From a virus (taxonomy: Duplodnaviria > Caudoviricetes), in the IMG/VR virus record IMGVR_UViG_3300025150_000002, positions 139,522 to 203,521 of that record: DNA of 64,000 nt; one strand, written 5' to 3'. The number at the start of each line of letters is the position of its first letter. The first letter of the stretch is position 1. The notes under the pieces are model-generated. The model did no database searches, was not told the DNA's origin, and worked only from the letters and a program-made list of their open reading frames with translations. This document shows, in pieces, positions 9,731-19,449 of the stretch. Made by a program: the position numbers and the translations under genes.

Positions 9731-10159
9731 TCATATCTCAGCCAGCTTGTCCAGGATGTTGATTTGTTTGGCCGTTGGGCGTGGTACGGAATCCGACACG
9801 AACATCGGCGTGTTGAAGTCTACTGTGATGCCACCCTCTGGGTGGCGCGCGTAGGCCTCGCAGTGACGGATGGCTTGTAGCACGTCCCAGGCAATCTTGC
9901 CCCTCTCCGAAGGGCAAGAGGATATTCCGTAGGAGTGACTTGGTCCGCCGGTTAGGTCTGGGAAGATGCTCACTTTCACCTCCTCCATGAGGGCCTCGAT
10001 CTTGCCTACGTCGATGTCTTGGCAGAAGAACTGCTCCCTGATGGTGTGAAATTGTCCGATGTGGATCCGGGCGAGCACGTCAAGCGCGGTTACGACCACT
10101 CGTGCCTGCTCAGGGGTGAGGGTCACTCGGATAAAGTAGTTCTCGTCCCGTTGGGTCAT
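9731..10159 (-). CDS. Hypothetical protein with LDxL tag
   Basis: Ends INILDKLAEI; ATG 10159 lies 7 nt after a GGTATAAA box. Confidence 0.7.
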   Translation of the reverse strand: MTQRDENYFIRVTLTPEQARVVVTALDVLARIHIGQFHTIREQFFCQDIDVGKIEALMEEVKVSIFPDLTGGPSHSYGISSCPSERGKIAWDVLQAIRHCEAYARHPEGGITVDFNTPMFVSDSVPRPTAKQINILDKLAEI

Positions 10160-10225
10160 GGACGATTTATACCGCGTACGGTTGTCGGAGGCGCCAGGTA
10201 GAAGAACAGTGAAGGGGTGCGGGAA

Positions 10226-10693
10226 ATGAGCCAACCGACTAGAGACCCTAAGGTGGTGGCGAAAGCGGCTGCTAAGGCTCTATCGCGCGAGTATGAGGCC
10301 TCGCTGACCGACGAGCAGAGGCAAGACCTCGCCAAATGGTGGATGCTTAGCATGGCTCGAAGAGAGCCAATCCGCACAACATCAACTGATACTTCGGAGT
10401 CGGGGTTGACCGAGAGCTACGAGCCCGCGAAGGCGTTCGCCGAGCTACCTTCTGCGGTGCAGAAGCAGGTCAAGAAGCTCCTGTCGCAGTACAGCACCGA
10501 TAAGATCTATGACATTTGCCTGGGCCTAGCGCCTCGTATTCGTAGTTTCGTCAAGCGTATCTGGAAGCGAGAGGACAAGAACGGCGAGGACTGGCCCACT
10601 ATTGCGAGTGAGATGGCTGAGACAGCTCACAAGATCCTGATGCATCGGATTGACATCGTCCTTTTCTTCGGTGTGTGTGGAGCGAGACGGTGA
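10226..10693 (+). CDS. Hypothetical protein
   Basis: Follows GGTAGAA box at 10197; first of a + strand run. Confidence 0.6.
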   Translation: MSQPTRDPKVVAKAAAKALSREYEASLTDEQRQDLAKWWMLSMARREPIRTTSTDTSESGLTESYEPAKAFAELPSAVQKQVKKLLSQYSTDKIYDICLGLAPRIRSFVKRIWKREDKNGEDWPTIASEMAETAHKILMHRIDIVLFFGVCGARR

Positions 10694-10976
10694 GGTGCCA
10701 TCCGAGGATCGGATGTGTCGGATGACTCAGGCCAGACGCGAGTGCGATGCGCTTCTGACCGTCTTCGCGCATTATTTCACCATCGGATCTAGCACGAAGC
10801 TTGCGGCTAACTGCACTACTTACGCGATGGCAGATAACAAGGCACAGCTCCTGGGCGGGCTGATCGATGTTGTCGACTCCGGGCGAATCGATCCACAGCG
10901 AAGAAGATCTCGGGTCAACGCCGCCATGAACCTAATCAAGACCAACGGCTGGAAAATGCCTGAGAGAGATAAGTGA
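10650..10976 (+). CDS. Hypothetical protein (start uncertain)
   Basis: Tightly packed in + strand run. Confidence 0.5.
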   Translation: MTSSFSSVCVERDGEVPSEDRMCRMTQARRECDALLTVFAHYFTIGSSTKLAANCTTYAMADNKAQLLGGLIDVVDSGRIDPQRRRSRVNAAMNLIKTNGWKMPERDK

Positions 10977-10980
10977 TCTA

Positions 10981-11445
10981 GTGGCTAAGCGGAAAAAGAA
11001 GAAGAGCGCCGTTGCCGGACTGATGGATCTCATGGATGATGAGGTCGTAGAGCCGGTTTCTGATCAAGCTTCTGAGCCGGCGCACGCCGCTCCGAAGAAG
11101 GAGGCCGCTGTAAGCGCTCCAGGAACCTGCGGAGTGTGCAGCCAGATCAGGACCATCGCCTACTACGATGCCGACGAGAACTTGGAGCTACCTGGTCACC
11201 CAGATCGAATCGATCGACCGATCTGCGTTGACTGCGCCGCCGACTACGAGCTTCGAGATAAATGCGCTTACGCTGTTTTTGCGGCTATGCGCGTCGCGCT
11301 AGAGAAGCAGGGGCTGGGGGCTTACGAGGTGGATCAAGCGATTCAAGTCGCCTGGAGGTCCTTCATGGTCGCCAGTGATAGCGCCGCCCTCATCAAAACC
11401 GCCAAGCAGCTCAAGGTCAATCACCCCTGGCTGAACAAGAAGTGA
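10981..11445 (+). CDS. Hypothetical protein with CxxC pairs
   Basis: CGVC and CVDC; basic N-terminus. Confidence 0.6.
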   Translation: MAKRKKKKSAVAGLMDLMDDEVVEPVSDQASEPAHAAPKKEAAVSAPGTCGVCSQIRTIAYYDADENLELPGHPDRIDRPICVDCAADYELRDKCAYAVFAAMRVALEKQGLGAYEVDQAIQVAWRSFMVASDSAALIKTAKQLKVNHPWLNKK

Positions 11446-11497
11446 TCCCTCCCTTAGTCTAAGGGGAGAAGGTAGTCTCCATTTAGGAGGCTACCAA

Positions 11498-12274
<777 letters not shown>

Positions 12275-12278
12275 TGAA

Positions 12279-12785
12279 AAGAGCGCCGGGAGTCGAACCC
12301 GGGAGACCACCCATGGTGTCCTGTCTAAGTCGGACATGGGTGTGTAGTCGACAACCCTGAAACCAGTTAGCCAGGCAGTCTCGCATACGAGGTGCTAACG
12401 AGCAGGCGGCCCATTTGCACGACCCAACTCTCCCTCGACGTCGCTTTCATTATGAGCCCAACCAGTAACAGGTATCACCACGCCGCCACCTTACGGCGTC
12501 TCCGCTCTTGTTGATGCCAGGAACTCTCATCCTGGGGAGGCTTGACGATTTTCTAAAATCGCCACTTACCCGGACTTACACCGGTCCACCGGCCCTAGCA
12601 CTAGTGTTGCTCAAGAAACCTTCTCCCTCGTCCCCATTATCGCCCCTGACGGGGTCTATTAGTTCGAGGCATCCAGTCCCTGCACCGGTCGCTAGGGGAT
12701 CGGCACGCGGCCGTCATTCCGCGCTTACACCAACAGAGGTAGCGTAGCTCGGAAACATCCACTTCCAGTGGATTACCGCCCCACC
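12279..12785 (-). ncRNA. Candidate large structured ncRNA with tRNA-like 3' domain; 5' boundary uncertain
   Basis: 7-bp stem AAGAGCG/CGCTCTT, stem GAGAC/GTCTC, T-arm CCGGG-TTCGACT-CCCGG, many further hairpins; no convincing CDS. Confidence 0.6.
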
Positions 12786-12786
12786 T

Positions 12787-13053
12787 CTACCTCCATTTTA
12801 CCCCGAACCGACGAGGGCGTCGTGTCGTACGAGGGTCGATCAACTCATCCAGGACTGTTCTCTCTTCGAGGATCAGACCAGCGGAAAAGCCGAGAGCTTG
12901 AGCGACCAAGGCGACATCGCGCAACCGCACGTCTTGATGTCCGCGTAAGACGTCCCTGACCGTTCGACAGCTAATACCAAGGATCCGAGCGAGTTCCCGG
13001 GGCTTCAGGCCTCGATCTTCGAGCTCGGCGCGGAGCAGGGCGGGTCCAGGCAT
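12787..13053 (-). CDS. XRE-family HTH regulator with LDxL tag
   Basis: RGLKPRELARILGISCRTVRDVLRG...VAQALG then TVLDELIDP. Confidence 0.75.
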   Translation of the reverse strand: MPGPALLRAELEDRGLKPRELARILGISCRTVRDVLRGHQDVRLRDVALVAQALGFSAGLILEERTVLDELIDPRTTRRPRRFGVKWR

Positions 13054-13421
13054 CGGTGTCCCTCCGCAGCCATCCTATCCAACACTCCGGGCATCAGTGC
13101 GAGCTTGGCCGCCTTTATGGAGAGATAGTGTCTAACCGGCACGCCGTCGATGAAGATCCCCCATACCTTCTTGCTCTTACGGTATCGGATCTCACCGTTG
13201 GTGACCTCAAGCGACTTGAAGGGGGTGACCACGCACACCACGTATCGCGTCCGAAAGCGTCTCTTGCTGCGTCGGCGCAGCACAAATGAGCCTACTGGGT
13301 GTGCATTCCGATCGATGTAACGATCGTTGCTGCGGAAGAAGTCTACCCAGTGAAGAGTCGGGTGCTGCTTGATGTCCTCGTGCCAGTCCGTGAGGTTGTT
13401 CATCGGCTCGTCCTGTCCCAA
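13005..13421 (-). CDS. Hypothetical protein with LDxL tag
   Basis: PGVLDRMAAE near C-terminus. Confidence 0.55.
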   Translation of the reverse strand: MGQDEPMNNLTDWHEDIKQHPTLHWVDFFRSNDRYIDRNAHPVGSFVLRRRSKRRFRTRYVVCVVTPFKSLEVTNGEIRYRKSKKVWGIFIDGVPVRHYLSIKAAKLALMPGVLDRMAAEGHRCLDPPCSAPSSKIEA

Positions 13422-13460
13422 GTCAACGCCCGGTATAATCTGATCAGCACCGGAGTTGCC

Positions 13461-13649
13461 ATGTCTTCTACCCTAGATCAGCGTATCCGAAGCGTCGAAG
13501 CTATCCTGGGCTTCGAACTTCGCAGCTACCAAGACCAGGCCCTTCGGGCTTTAGGTGCCGGGAAGAACGTCATCCTTCACGTTCCAACTGGTGGCGGGAA
13601 GGAAGGCTACTTTGTGCTAGACTCTCTTTCAGAGGAGGTCGGTGTATGA
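13461..13649 (+). CDS. 62-aa duplicate of RecQ N-terminus (intact Walker A) ending in LDxL tag
   Basis: LGFELRSYQDQALRALGAGKNVILHVPTGGGK...FVLDSLSEE aligns with the first 47 aa of the next gene. Confidence 0.7.
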   Translation: MSSTLDQRIRSVEAILGFELRSYQDQALRALGAGKNVILHVPTGGGKEGYFVLDSLSEEVGV

Positions 13650-16600
13650 GCCCGATAGAGGGTCGCATTGAGTCGGTGGAAAGGCTTCTGGGATTCCAGG
13701 TCAGGTCATACCAAAGGCAAGCCCTCACAGCCCTGGGTCAGGGCAAGAGTGTGATTCTTCACGCTCCTACAGGCTGCCACGCGCCTGGTCAGCTGATTCT
13801 GATGCACGATGGCTCGACCAAGAAGGTCGAGGACATCAAGAAGGGCGACCTTCTTATGGGGCCCGATAGCAAGCCCCGTCGCGTTACTAGGCTGATTCGC
13901 GGTCGCGGTCGAATGGTCAAGGTCCACCCGAAGAAGGGCGAGCCGTTTGTGGTCAACGAGGATCACATCTTGACGCTCGTCCGGACCGGCGTGGTCAGGA
14001 CTCCGTCTGATGGTTCCAGGAAGCGTCGAGACTTGGGAGGTGAGCTCATCGACGTCAAGGTCAAGGACTGGGAGACCTGGTCATTGACCCAAAAGCACAT
14101 CCACAAGCTCAAGCGTACAGGCGTCACTTTCCGTAGTCGAGCGCCACTCCCATTGGACCCATATACGCTCGGCATCATCATCGGAGATGGGTCTATCAAG
14201 GACGGTACTCCTGGGGTCACCACCGCTGATTCTGAGATCGAAGAGGTTCTTGTGGCCTGCGCTGAGCGTCGGGGCCTTTACATCAGAGAGGAGGTTAAAG
14301 CGGGAAATGCGGCTACGACCTATCGCTTGTCTTCTGGGCACCGGAAGCAAAGGGGCCGTGCCGGCGGAACGAACTCACTGACTAACGATCTTCGCCAACT
14401 CGGTCTCTGGGGCAAGGGTAGTTCGGACAAGTTCATTCCGGGGACCTACAAGGTTGCTTCCAGAAAGAGCAGACTCGATCTCCTCGCAGGGCTCATCGAC
14501 GCGGATGGCTATCTACATCACAACAACCACGTCCTAACTACTGCTAGCGAACAACTCGCAGCAGACGTTGCTTTTGTCGCCCGGAGTCTTGGGTTCGCAG
14601 CCTATATCTACACCACCTCGAAGAGGTGCCAGACTGGCTACGAGGGCGACTACTTCAGGGTCTCTATTACTGGCGACAACTCCATCATCCCTTGCAGGCT
14701 TGAGAGGAAGACAGCCTCTCCGAGAGGCCAGGAGAAAGACCCTACGAGGACGGGCTTCACGCTTGAGGATGTTGGAGAGGGAGAGTTCTACGGGTTCTCC
14801 CTTACCGGTGATGGTCGATTCCTGCTCGGTGATTTCACCATCACCCACAACAGTGGTAAAACCGTGGCCTTCCAAGGTGCGCCATACGTGTCTCCGCACC
14901 CGGGGATAACGGTAATCCTCTACCCTCTTCGCGCCCTGGTGAAAGACCAGTCGCGACGGTTCAGCGAGCTTGGGCTCCCCAGCGTGACGCTCTACGGTGA
15001 GACTCCGACCACCGAGCGGGCCGCAATCTACGACAAGATCCTCTCAGGCTCTACCAAGATTCTGCTCACGACGCCTGAGTCCTTCGACATGAACAGGAAG
15101 TTGCAGGACGTCCTCAGGCAGCGCGGCGTGTCTGTTTTGACCGTCGATGAGGCTCATGCCTATGAGGAGTGGGCTGATGGATTTCGGCCCACCTACCGTC
15201 GGGCCGGAGCCGTCGCGAGGAGTGTCGGCGTCAAGCAGTTCCTGCTGTGCTCCGCCACTCTTACCGGTAAGGGCTTCCGAACCGCCTGCGACACCATCGG
15301 AGTGTCCAACTGGACCATCGTTCAGATCCCTCCACTGCGCTCGAACTTGATCTACAGGGACCTGAGCCAGCCTGAGAGCGAGATCCTCTGTCGGGCCGTA
15401 AGGGGCGATGGGCTGGAGGCCCCCGGGATCGTATTCTTCACGACCGTCAAGCGTCTGGAGGAGACGGCGTCCTTCGTTGAGACAAAGACTCGCCGGAAGG
15501 TGCTTCGTTATCACGGCGGCATGGCCGGCAAGGCGCGTCGAGAGGCACAAGAAGAGTTCATGACCACCGATACCTGGATCTTTGCGACCAAGGCATTCGG
15601 TATGGGAATCGACAAGGACAACATCCGGAACATCATCCACTGTCAGTTGCCGAGCTCGGTTCTGAGCTACGCGCAGGAGTGCGTTCACGGCGACACGCCG
15701 GTGATGACGTTGAACGGAAACCGCCCAGCGCGAGACATCAAGGCGGGCGACCAACTGGCCGGCTACGACCCGGTTACTGGTGAGGTGGTTCCGGCAGTCG
15801 TTAAGGAACTCTACCAGGGCAAGACGGGTGACTGGCTCGCCGTTCGGACCTCGGCTGGTGATGAGATTGTGGTGACGAAGAATCATCCGTTCATAGTGAA
15901 CGGTGGTGAGGTCCGTGCGGACCAACTCAAGGTCGGTGAACGCTTGGCGACGCTCAGCAGTTCCGCTCAGGTTGACCGTCCAATGCTTACGGCCGACTGT
16001 CTGATTGCCGATCAGACGTTCGCTCAGGTCGAACCTGGTCTTATCGATGCTCTTCGAGACAAGCTGTCTCCGACCGAGCTCGGTCAGATGTTCGGACTCT
16101 CTCGCCACCACGATTACTCCAGCTATCGTCGTGGTAAGGCGATCAAGCTCTCTGGACTGCAGGCCGCCGGCGACGCTGCTGGTATGCCTCGGCAGCAGAT
16201 CTATAGTCGCGTTCTTGCGCTGAAGTCCCGGAGTGGGAAGCCTGTTCGACTGCCTCTCACGCTCGATGACGCCGAACTGGGGTGGTTCGCCGGTATCGTG
16301 GCGACTGACGGCTACATCTACCGGTCGGACAAGTCAGGGTTCGGTAGTTGGAAGATCAAGCTCACGAATACGAATCACGCGATCGTTGACAAGTTCGCCG
16401 GAATCGTGAAGCGGTTTGGACTTCACTGCCACTCTTACATCAGGACTCATCGATCTGACGCGTTGTCGAAGCGCCCGGCTCACTGCGCCGAAGTTTCGAG
16501 CCCTGTGCTCTGCGACCTACTCAACCATCTCGGTATCCACGATGGTCGCAAGAGCACGACCGTGTCTTGTTCTGAAACCGCGCTGAGTGCTGGAAAGCTG

Positions 16601-17914
16601 TTCAAGGCCGGCTTTGCGGCGGGTGTCATCGATGGCGACGGGAACCTGAGTCCTCCGAGGAGCAGCAAGCCACAGGGTAAGGTGCGGTTTCACACCGCGT
16701 CCTGGCGCTTTGCATCGTGCTTCGCCAAGCTCCTCCATAGTCTTGGTATCCACGTTCGGTTGTCGACCGAGGACTACTTAGACAACGCGCACATCATGAA
16801 GTGCTCAGTCGATTCCGGCTACAATGGCGAGATCGGGCGTTTTGAGTCGCTGCGGCGGTTCGCGGACTCCGTTGCCCCGCATCTGGTCAAGCGGATGTTT
16901 CCGGTCAAGCTGATGAGCACGGATGCACGCGAGAGCATTGGACCGATCATCGTTTCCAGGGTCATCGAGATCCGCGAGCTCAGCACGGATCTGCCGGAGT
17001 CGACGTTCAACTGGCGTGTGGAGCCGCACCATCTTCTCTGGACCGCGAACACGCTGACTCACAACTGCGGAAGAGCTGGTCGTGACGGTTACGAGTCCAA
17101 CTGCTTCTTGACACAGGAGGAGCACGGCCAGTCGGCCCACTTCCTCATTGATATGAGCGTGCCGTCTATCGGGCATGTTAGGAAGGTGTGGAACGTTCTG
17201 CAGGTCATCGCGCTCGACTGGCCCGGTTGGTTCGAGGTTGATTGGCCGGATGTGGCGGCCCGAACCGGTCTGAGCCTTCCGGCTGTTCAGGCCTGCGTCA
17301 GCTGGCTTTTCACCGGGAAAATGATCGAGAAGAAGCAGAAGCGGTTGGCGTGGAAGTTCACCATTCATGACGAGTCCGACGCCAAGGCGATCAAGTACAA
17401 GCGGAAGACCCCAGAGCTCCTCGATGCGCTTCGTGGAGAGGCGATGGTCGATCAGGGGCCCGCTGTGTTCGAGCTCAAGCCAGACGTCTTGTCCGAGGTA
17501 GTTGGACAGCACTTCTCCAACTGGCAGGCCAAGCTTAGGAAGATGAACGAACTTGACATCATCCGGATCGAGGAGCCCCCGAAGGGGAGATCCAGTTACC
17601 GGTTCCTGCACGGCTCGTTCCACTTCGCCCAGGGGCAGAAGCAGTTGGAGAAGGCCCGGTCCAGTGCCTTCGAGCGGCTGGCAGCCATGCGAGACCTTCA
17701 GTCGTGTGCGGCCCACAAGCGTCGAGACTTGATCGAGGACGCGATCTCTTTGAAGCTCCCTCCCATGGAGGGCCTGGAGATCCTAGACACCGATCACACC
17801 GAGCCGGACCACACCGCCGAGCAGAAGGTCACCAAGCGACCTGTCATCAAGGCGGCGAAGCTAGCAGATGATGATCCGTTTGCCGAGGACGACGAGTTCA
17901 TCGTCCCCTTCTAG
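13646..17914 (+). CDS. recQ: RecQ-family helicase with two inteins
   Basis: HAPTG|SGKT, VDEAHAYEEWADGFRPTY, SAT, YHGGM, ATKAFGMGIDK, YAQE|CGRAGRDG. Confidence 0.92.
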   Translation: MSPIEGRIESVERLLGFQVRSYQRQALTALGQGKSVILHAPTGCHAPGQLILMHDGSTKKVEDIKKGDLLMGPDSKPRRVTRLIRGRGRMVKVHPKKGEPFVVNEDHILTLVRTGVVRTPSDGSRKRRDLGGELIDVKVKDWETWSLTQKHIHKLKRTGVTFRSRAPLPLDPYTLGIIIGDGSIKDGTPGVTTADSEIEEVLVACAERRGLYIREEVKAGNAATTYRLSSGHRKQRGRAGGTNSLTNDLRQLGLWGKGSSDKFIPGTYKVASRKSRLDLLAGLIDADGYLHHNNHVLTTASEQLAADVAFVARSLGFAAYIYTTSKRCQTGYEGDYFRVSITGDNSIIPCRLERKTASPRGQEKDPTRTGFTLEDVGEGEFYGFSLTGDGRFLLGDFTITHNSGKTVAFQGAPYVSPHPGITVILYPLRALVKDQSRRFSELGLPSVTLYGETPTTERAAIYDKILSGSTKILLTTPESFDMNRKLQDVLRQRGVSVLTVDEAHAYEEWADGFRPTYRRAGAVARSVGVKQFLLCSATLTGKGFRTACDTIGVSNWTIVQIPPLRSNLIYRDLSQPESEILCRAVRGDGLEAPGIVFFTTVKRLEETASFVETKTRRKVLRYHGGMAGKARREAQEEFMTTDTWIFATKAFGMGIDKDNIRNIIHCQLPSSVLSYAQECVHGDTPVMTLNGNRPARDIKAGDQLAGYDPVTGEVVPAVVKELYQGKTGDWLAVRTSAGDEIVVTKNHPFIVNGGEVRADQLKVGERLATLSSSAQVDRPMLTADCLIADQTFAQVEPGLIDALRDKLSPTELGQMFGLSRHHDYSSYRRGKAIKLSGLQAAGDAAGMPRQQIYSRVLALKSRSGKPVRLPLTLDDAELGWFAGIVATDGYIYRSDKSGFGSWKIKLTNTNHAIVDKFAGIVKRFGLHCHSYIRTHRSDALSKRPAHCAEVSSPVLCDLLNHLGIHDGRKSTTVSCSETALSAGKLFKAGFAAGVIDGDGNLSPPRSSKPQGKVRFHTASWRFASCFAKLLHSLGIHVRLSTEDYLDNAHIMKCSVDSGYNGEIGRFESLRRFADSVAPHLVKRMFPVKLMSTDARESIGPIIVSRVIEIRELSTDLPESTFNWRVEPHHLLWTANTLTHNCGRAGRDGYESNCFLTQEEHGQSAHFLIDMSVPSIGHVRKVWNVLQVIALDWPGWFEVDWPDVAARTGLSLPAVQACVSWLFTGKMIEKKQKRLAWKFTIHDESDAKAIKYKRKTPELLDALRGEAMVDQGPAVFELKPDVLSEVVGQHFSNWQAKLRKMNELDIIRIEEPPKGRSSYRFLHGSFHFAQGQKQLEKARSSAFERLAAMRDLQSCAAHKRRDLIEDAISLKLPPMEGLEILDTDHTEPDHTAEQKVTKRPVIKAAKLADDDPFAEDDEFIVPF
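13775..14851 (+). mobile_element. LAGLIDADG intein 1 (359 aa) in RecQ motif I
   Basis: CHAPGQ...FTITHN|S; LGIIIGDGS and LLAGLIDADG. Confidence 0.95.
15680..17065 (+). mobile_element. LAGLIDADG intein 2 (462 aa) in RecQ motif VI
   Basis: CVHGDTPV...TLTHN|C; WFAGIVATDG and FAAGVIDGDG. Confidence 0.95.
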
Positions 17915-17920
17915 TACAGA

Positions 17921-17953
17921 GAGACAGCCACGACCTGTGGTCGTGGCTGTCTC
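17921..17953. terminator. Bidirectional terminator hairpin between convergent genes
   Basis: GAGACAGCCACGACC-TGT-GGTCGTGGCTGTCTC, perfect 15-bp stem. Confidence 0.8.
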
Positions 17954-17973
17954 TTCCACGTTAGCGGTGTTGG

Positions 17974-18564
17974 CTAGTTAGCCGACACGTCGGCCGAGTT
18001 GTCGGCCGACACGCTCGACGCGGTAGCCTCGGCGAAGTAGTGCAGGCCACGACGCTTTCCCTCGGTCCGGATCTCACCAGCCTCGCGGGCCGAGTTGAGG
18101 ATGCGACGGATCACAGCCTGGGGCAGGCTTACCGCCCCCTCGATGTCCGTCATGTTGCAGCCGGCGTTGCTGCGGACGAAAGAGAGCACCACGTCCGGCC
18201 TGACTGGCTTCCGCTTGGTCTCCTTGACCAAGGCGATCTTGGGGGAGTCCCCCTTCTTGGCCACCTTCTTGGCAACCTTCTTGGTCACCTTCTTGGCAAC
18301 CTTCTTGGCCACCTTGGCCTTCTTCTCGACCTTCTTCTTGGTCGACGGCTTGGTGCGAGGCGCGTTCTTGGTGGTAGTAACCGACCCGCCGCCTACGGCG
18401 ATGGCAGTGGCCCGTTGGGCCACGTAGGTTGCACCTGCCTTGAACACCTTGGGCATCTGCTTCGCCATCTCTGGCGTCGCCGTGAAGACAACGTATCCGT
18501 TCGAACTACTCACTGAGAATCTCCTCCTTTGAGGGACTTGATTACGGGTGCTGGAAATCAACAC
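17974..18564 (-). CDS. Histone H1-like Lys/Ala-repeat protein with C-terminal winged HTH
   Basis: KKVAKKVAKKVTKKVAKKVAKK; VLSFVRSNAG...IRTEGKRRGLHYF. Confidence 0.7.
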   Translation of the reverse strand: MLISSTRNQVPQRRRFSVSSSNGYVVFTATPEMAKQMPKVFKAGATYVAQRATAIAVGGGSVTTTKNAPRTKPSTKKKVEKKAKVAKKVAKKVTKKVAKKVAKKGDSPKIALVKETKRKPVRPDVVLSFVRSNAGCNMTDIEGAVSLPQAVIRRILNSAREAGEIRTEGKRRGLHYFAEATASSVSADNSADVSAN

Positions 18565-18742
18565 CCAAGATCGCCGACCATTCGGCGGTTATTGGAGACG
18601 GGAGCCCGTAGCCCTCGTCATGCCTGATGGTTTACGCATCCCACTCACTAGGACTCTACATCTACTAATCGATCGTCACCAGTAATACCGGGACTTTTTA
18701 CGACAAATCAGATGCGGTCCATCAGTTAATCTTGCAGAACAC

Positions 18743-19267
18743 CTACCTGGTTGACCTCTTCGAGGTTCTTGAGGGTCGCGACGACCTCTTGGTTGACCGC
18801 TTGGGCCGCACCTGCATCTGCTTCGTGCGGGCGTAGCTGATACGCTTCTTGTCCTCCCGAAGGGATCGAATCTCGTTGAGTTGACCCTCGATGAAGGTGG
18901 CCCACTTGTCACCACGGTCGCCCCGGTCTCTGGCGATCAGGAACTCGGTCCACAGGACGCGGGCCACATCCGAGAGCGGTTGGCCGCGCTCCACGGCGTA
19001 GGCCCTCAACTTATCGGCGATCACCTCGGGCACGGCTGCGCCGAGATGCGCCAGCGGTCTCGGGAAGAGGCGCCCCAAGGGGGCTGTCGCTATCTGCTTG
19101 TCACTGGCCTCGTGGATCTCAAGCCGCACAAGCACCGTTACGGTCCTACCACGGGCCTCCTCAGACCGCCTGGCGCGGTTAATCGCAGCTCCGTAGTGGT
19201 CGAGCTCGGATTGGGTAACCTCGATTGAGGTGGACTCCAGTGAGTAGTTGAGGTGCATCTCGTTCAT
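18743..19267 (-). CDS. Hypothetical protein, possible ribbon-helix-helix domain
   Basis: IADKLRAYAVERGQPLSDVARVLW; basic tail. Confidence 0.55.
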   Translation of the reverse strand: MNEMHLNYSLESTSIEVTQSELDHYGAAINRARRSEEARGRTVTVLVRLEIHEASDKQIATAPLGRLFPRPLAHLGAAVPEVIADKLRAYAVERGQPLSDVARVLWTEFLIARDRGDRGDKWATFIEGQLNEIRSLREDKKRISYARTKQMQVRPKRSTKRSSRPSRTSKRSTR

Positions 19268-19449
19268 CGTTCCTTTGTTGATTTCGGGCTAATCTGACGG
19301 TTTTATACCGCCGATGGTGTTGGGATCGCCTAATGACCGGGTGGATTATCTGGTTTTTCGGCTGGACTTTAGGCACCAACTCCTTTCAGCACAAGAACTT
19401 GAGAAATCTCCGGAAAGGCTTGTTATCCAATCCGAGATCGCTATAACAG

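Noticed and set aside
12279-12785. tmRNA or tRNA call
   Set aside because: No CCA end, no D-arm or anticodon arm, and the only resume-like frame (ANGPPAR) is not a recognisable degradation tag; kept as an unclassified ncRNA.
15044-17716. 355-aa and 303-aa minus-strand ORFs
   Set aside because: Antisense shadows of recQ.
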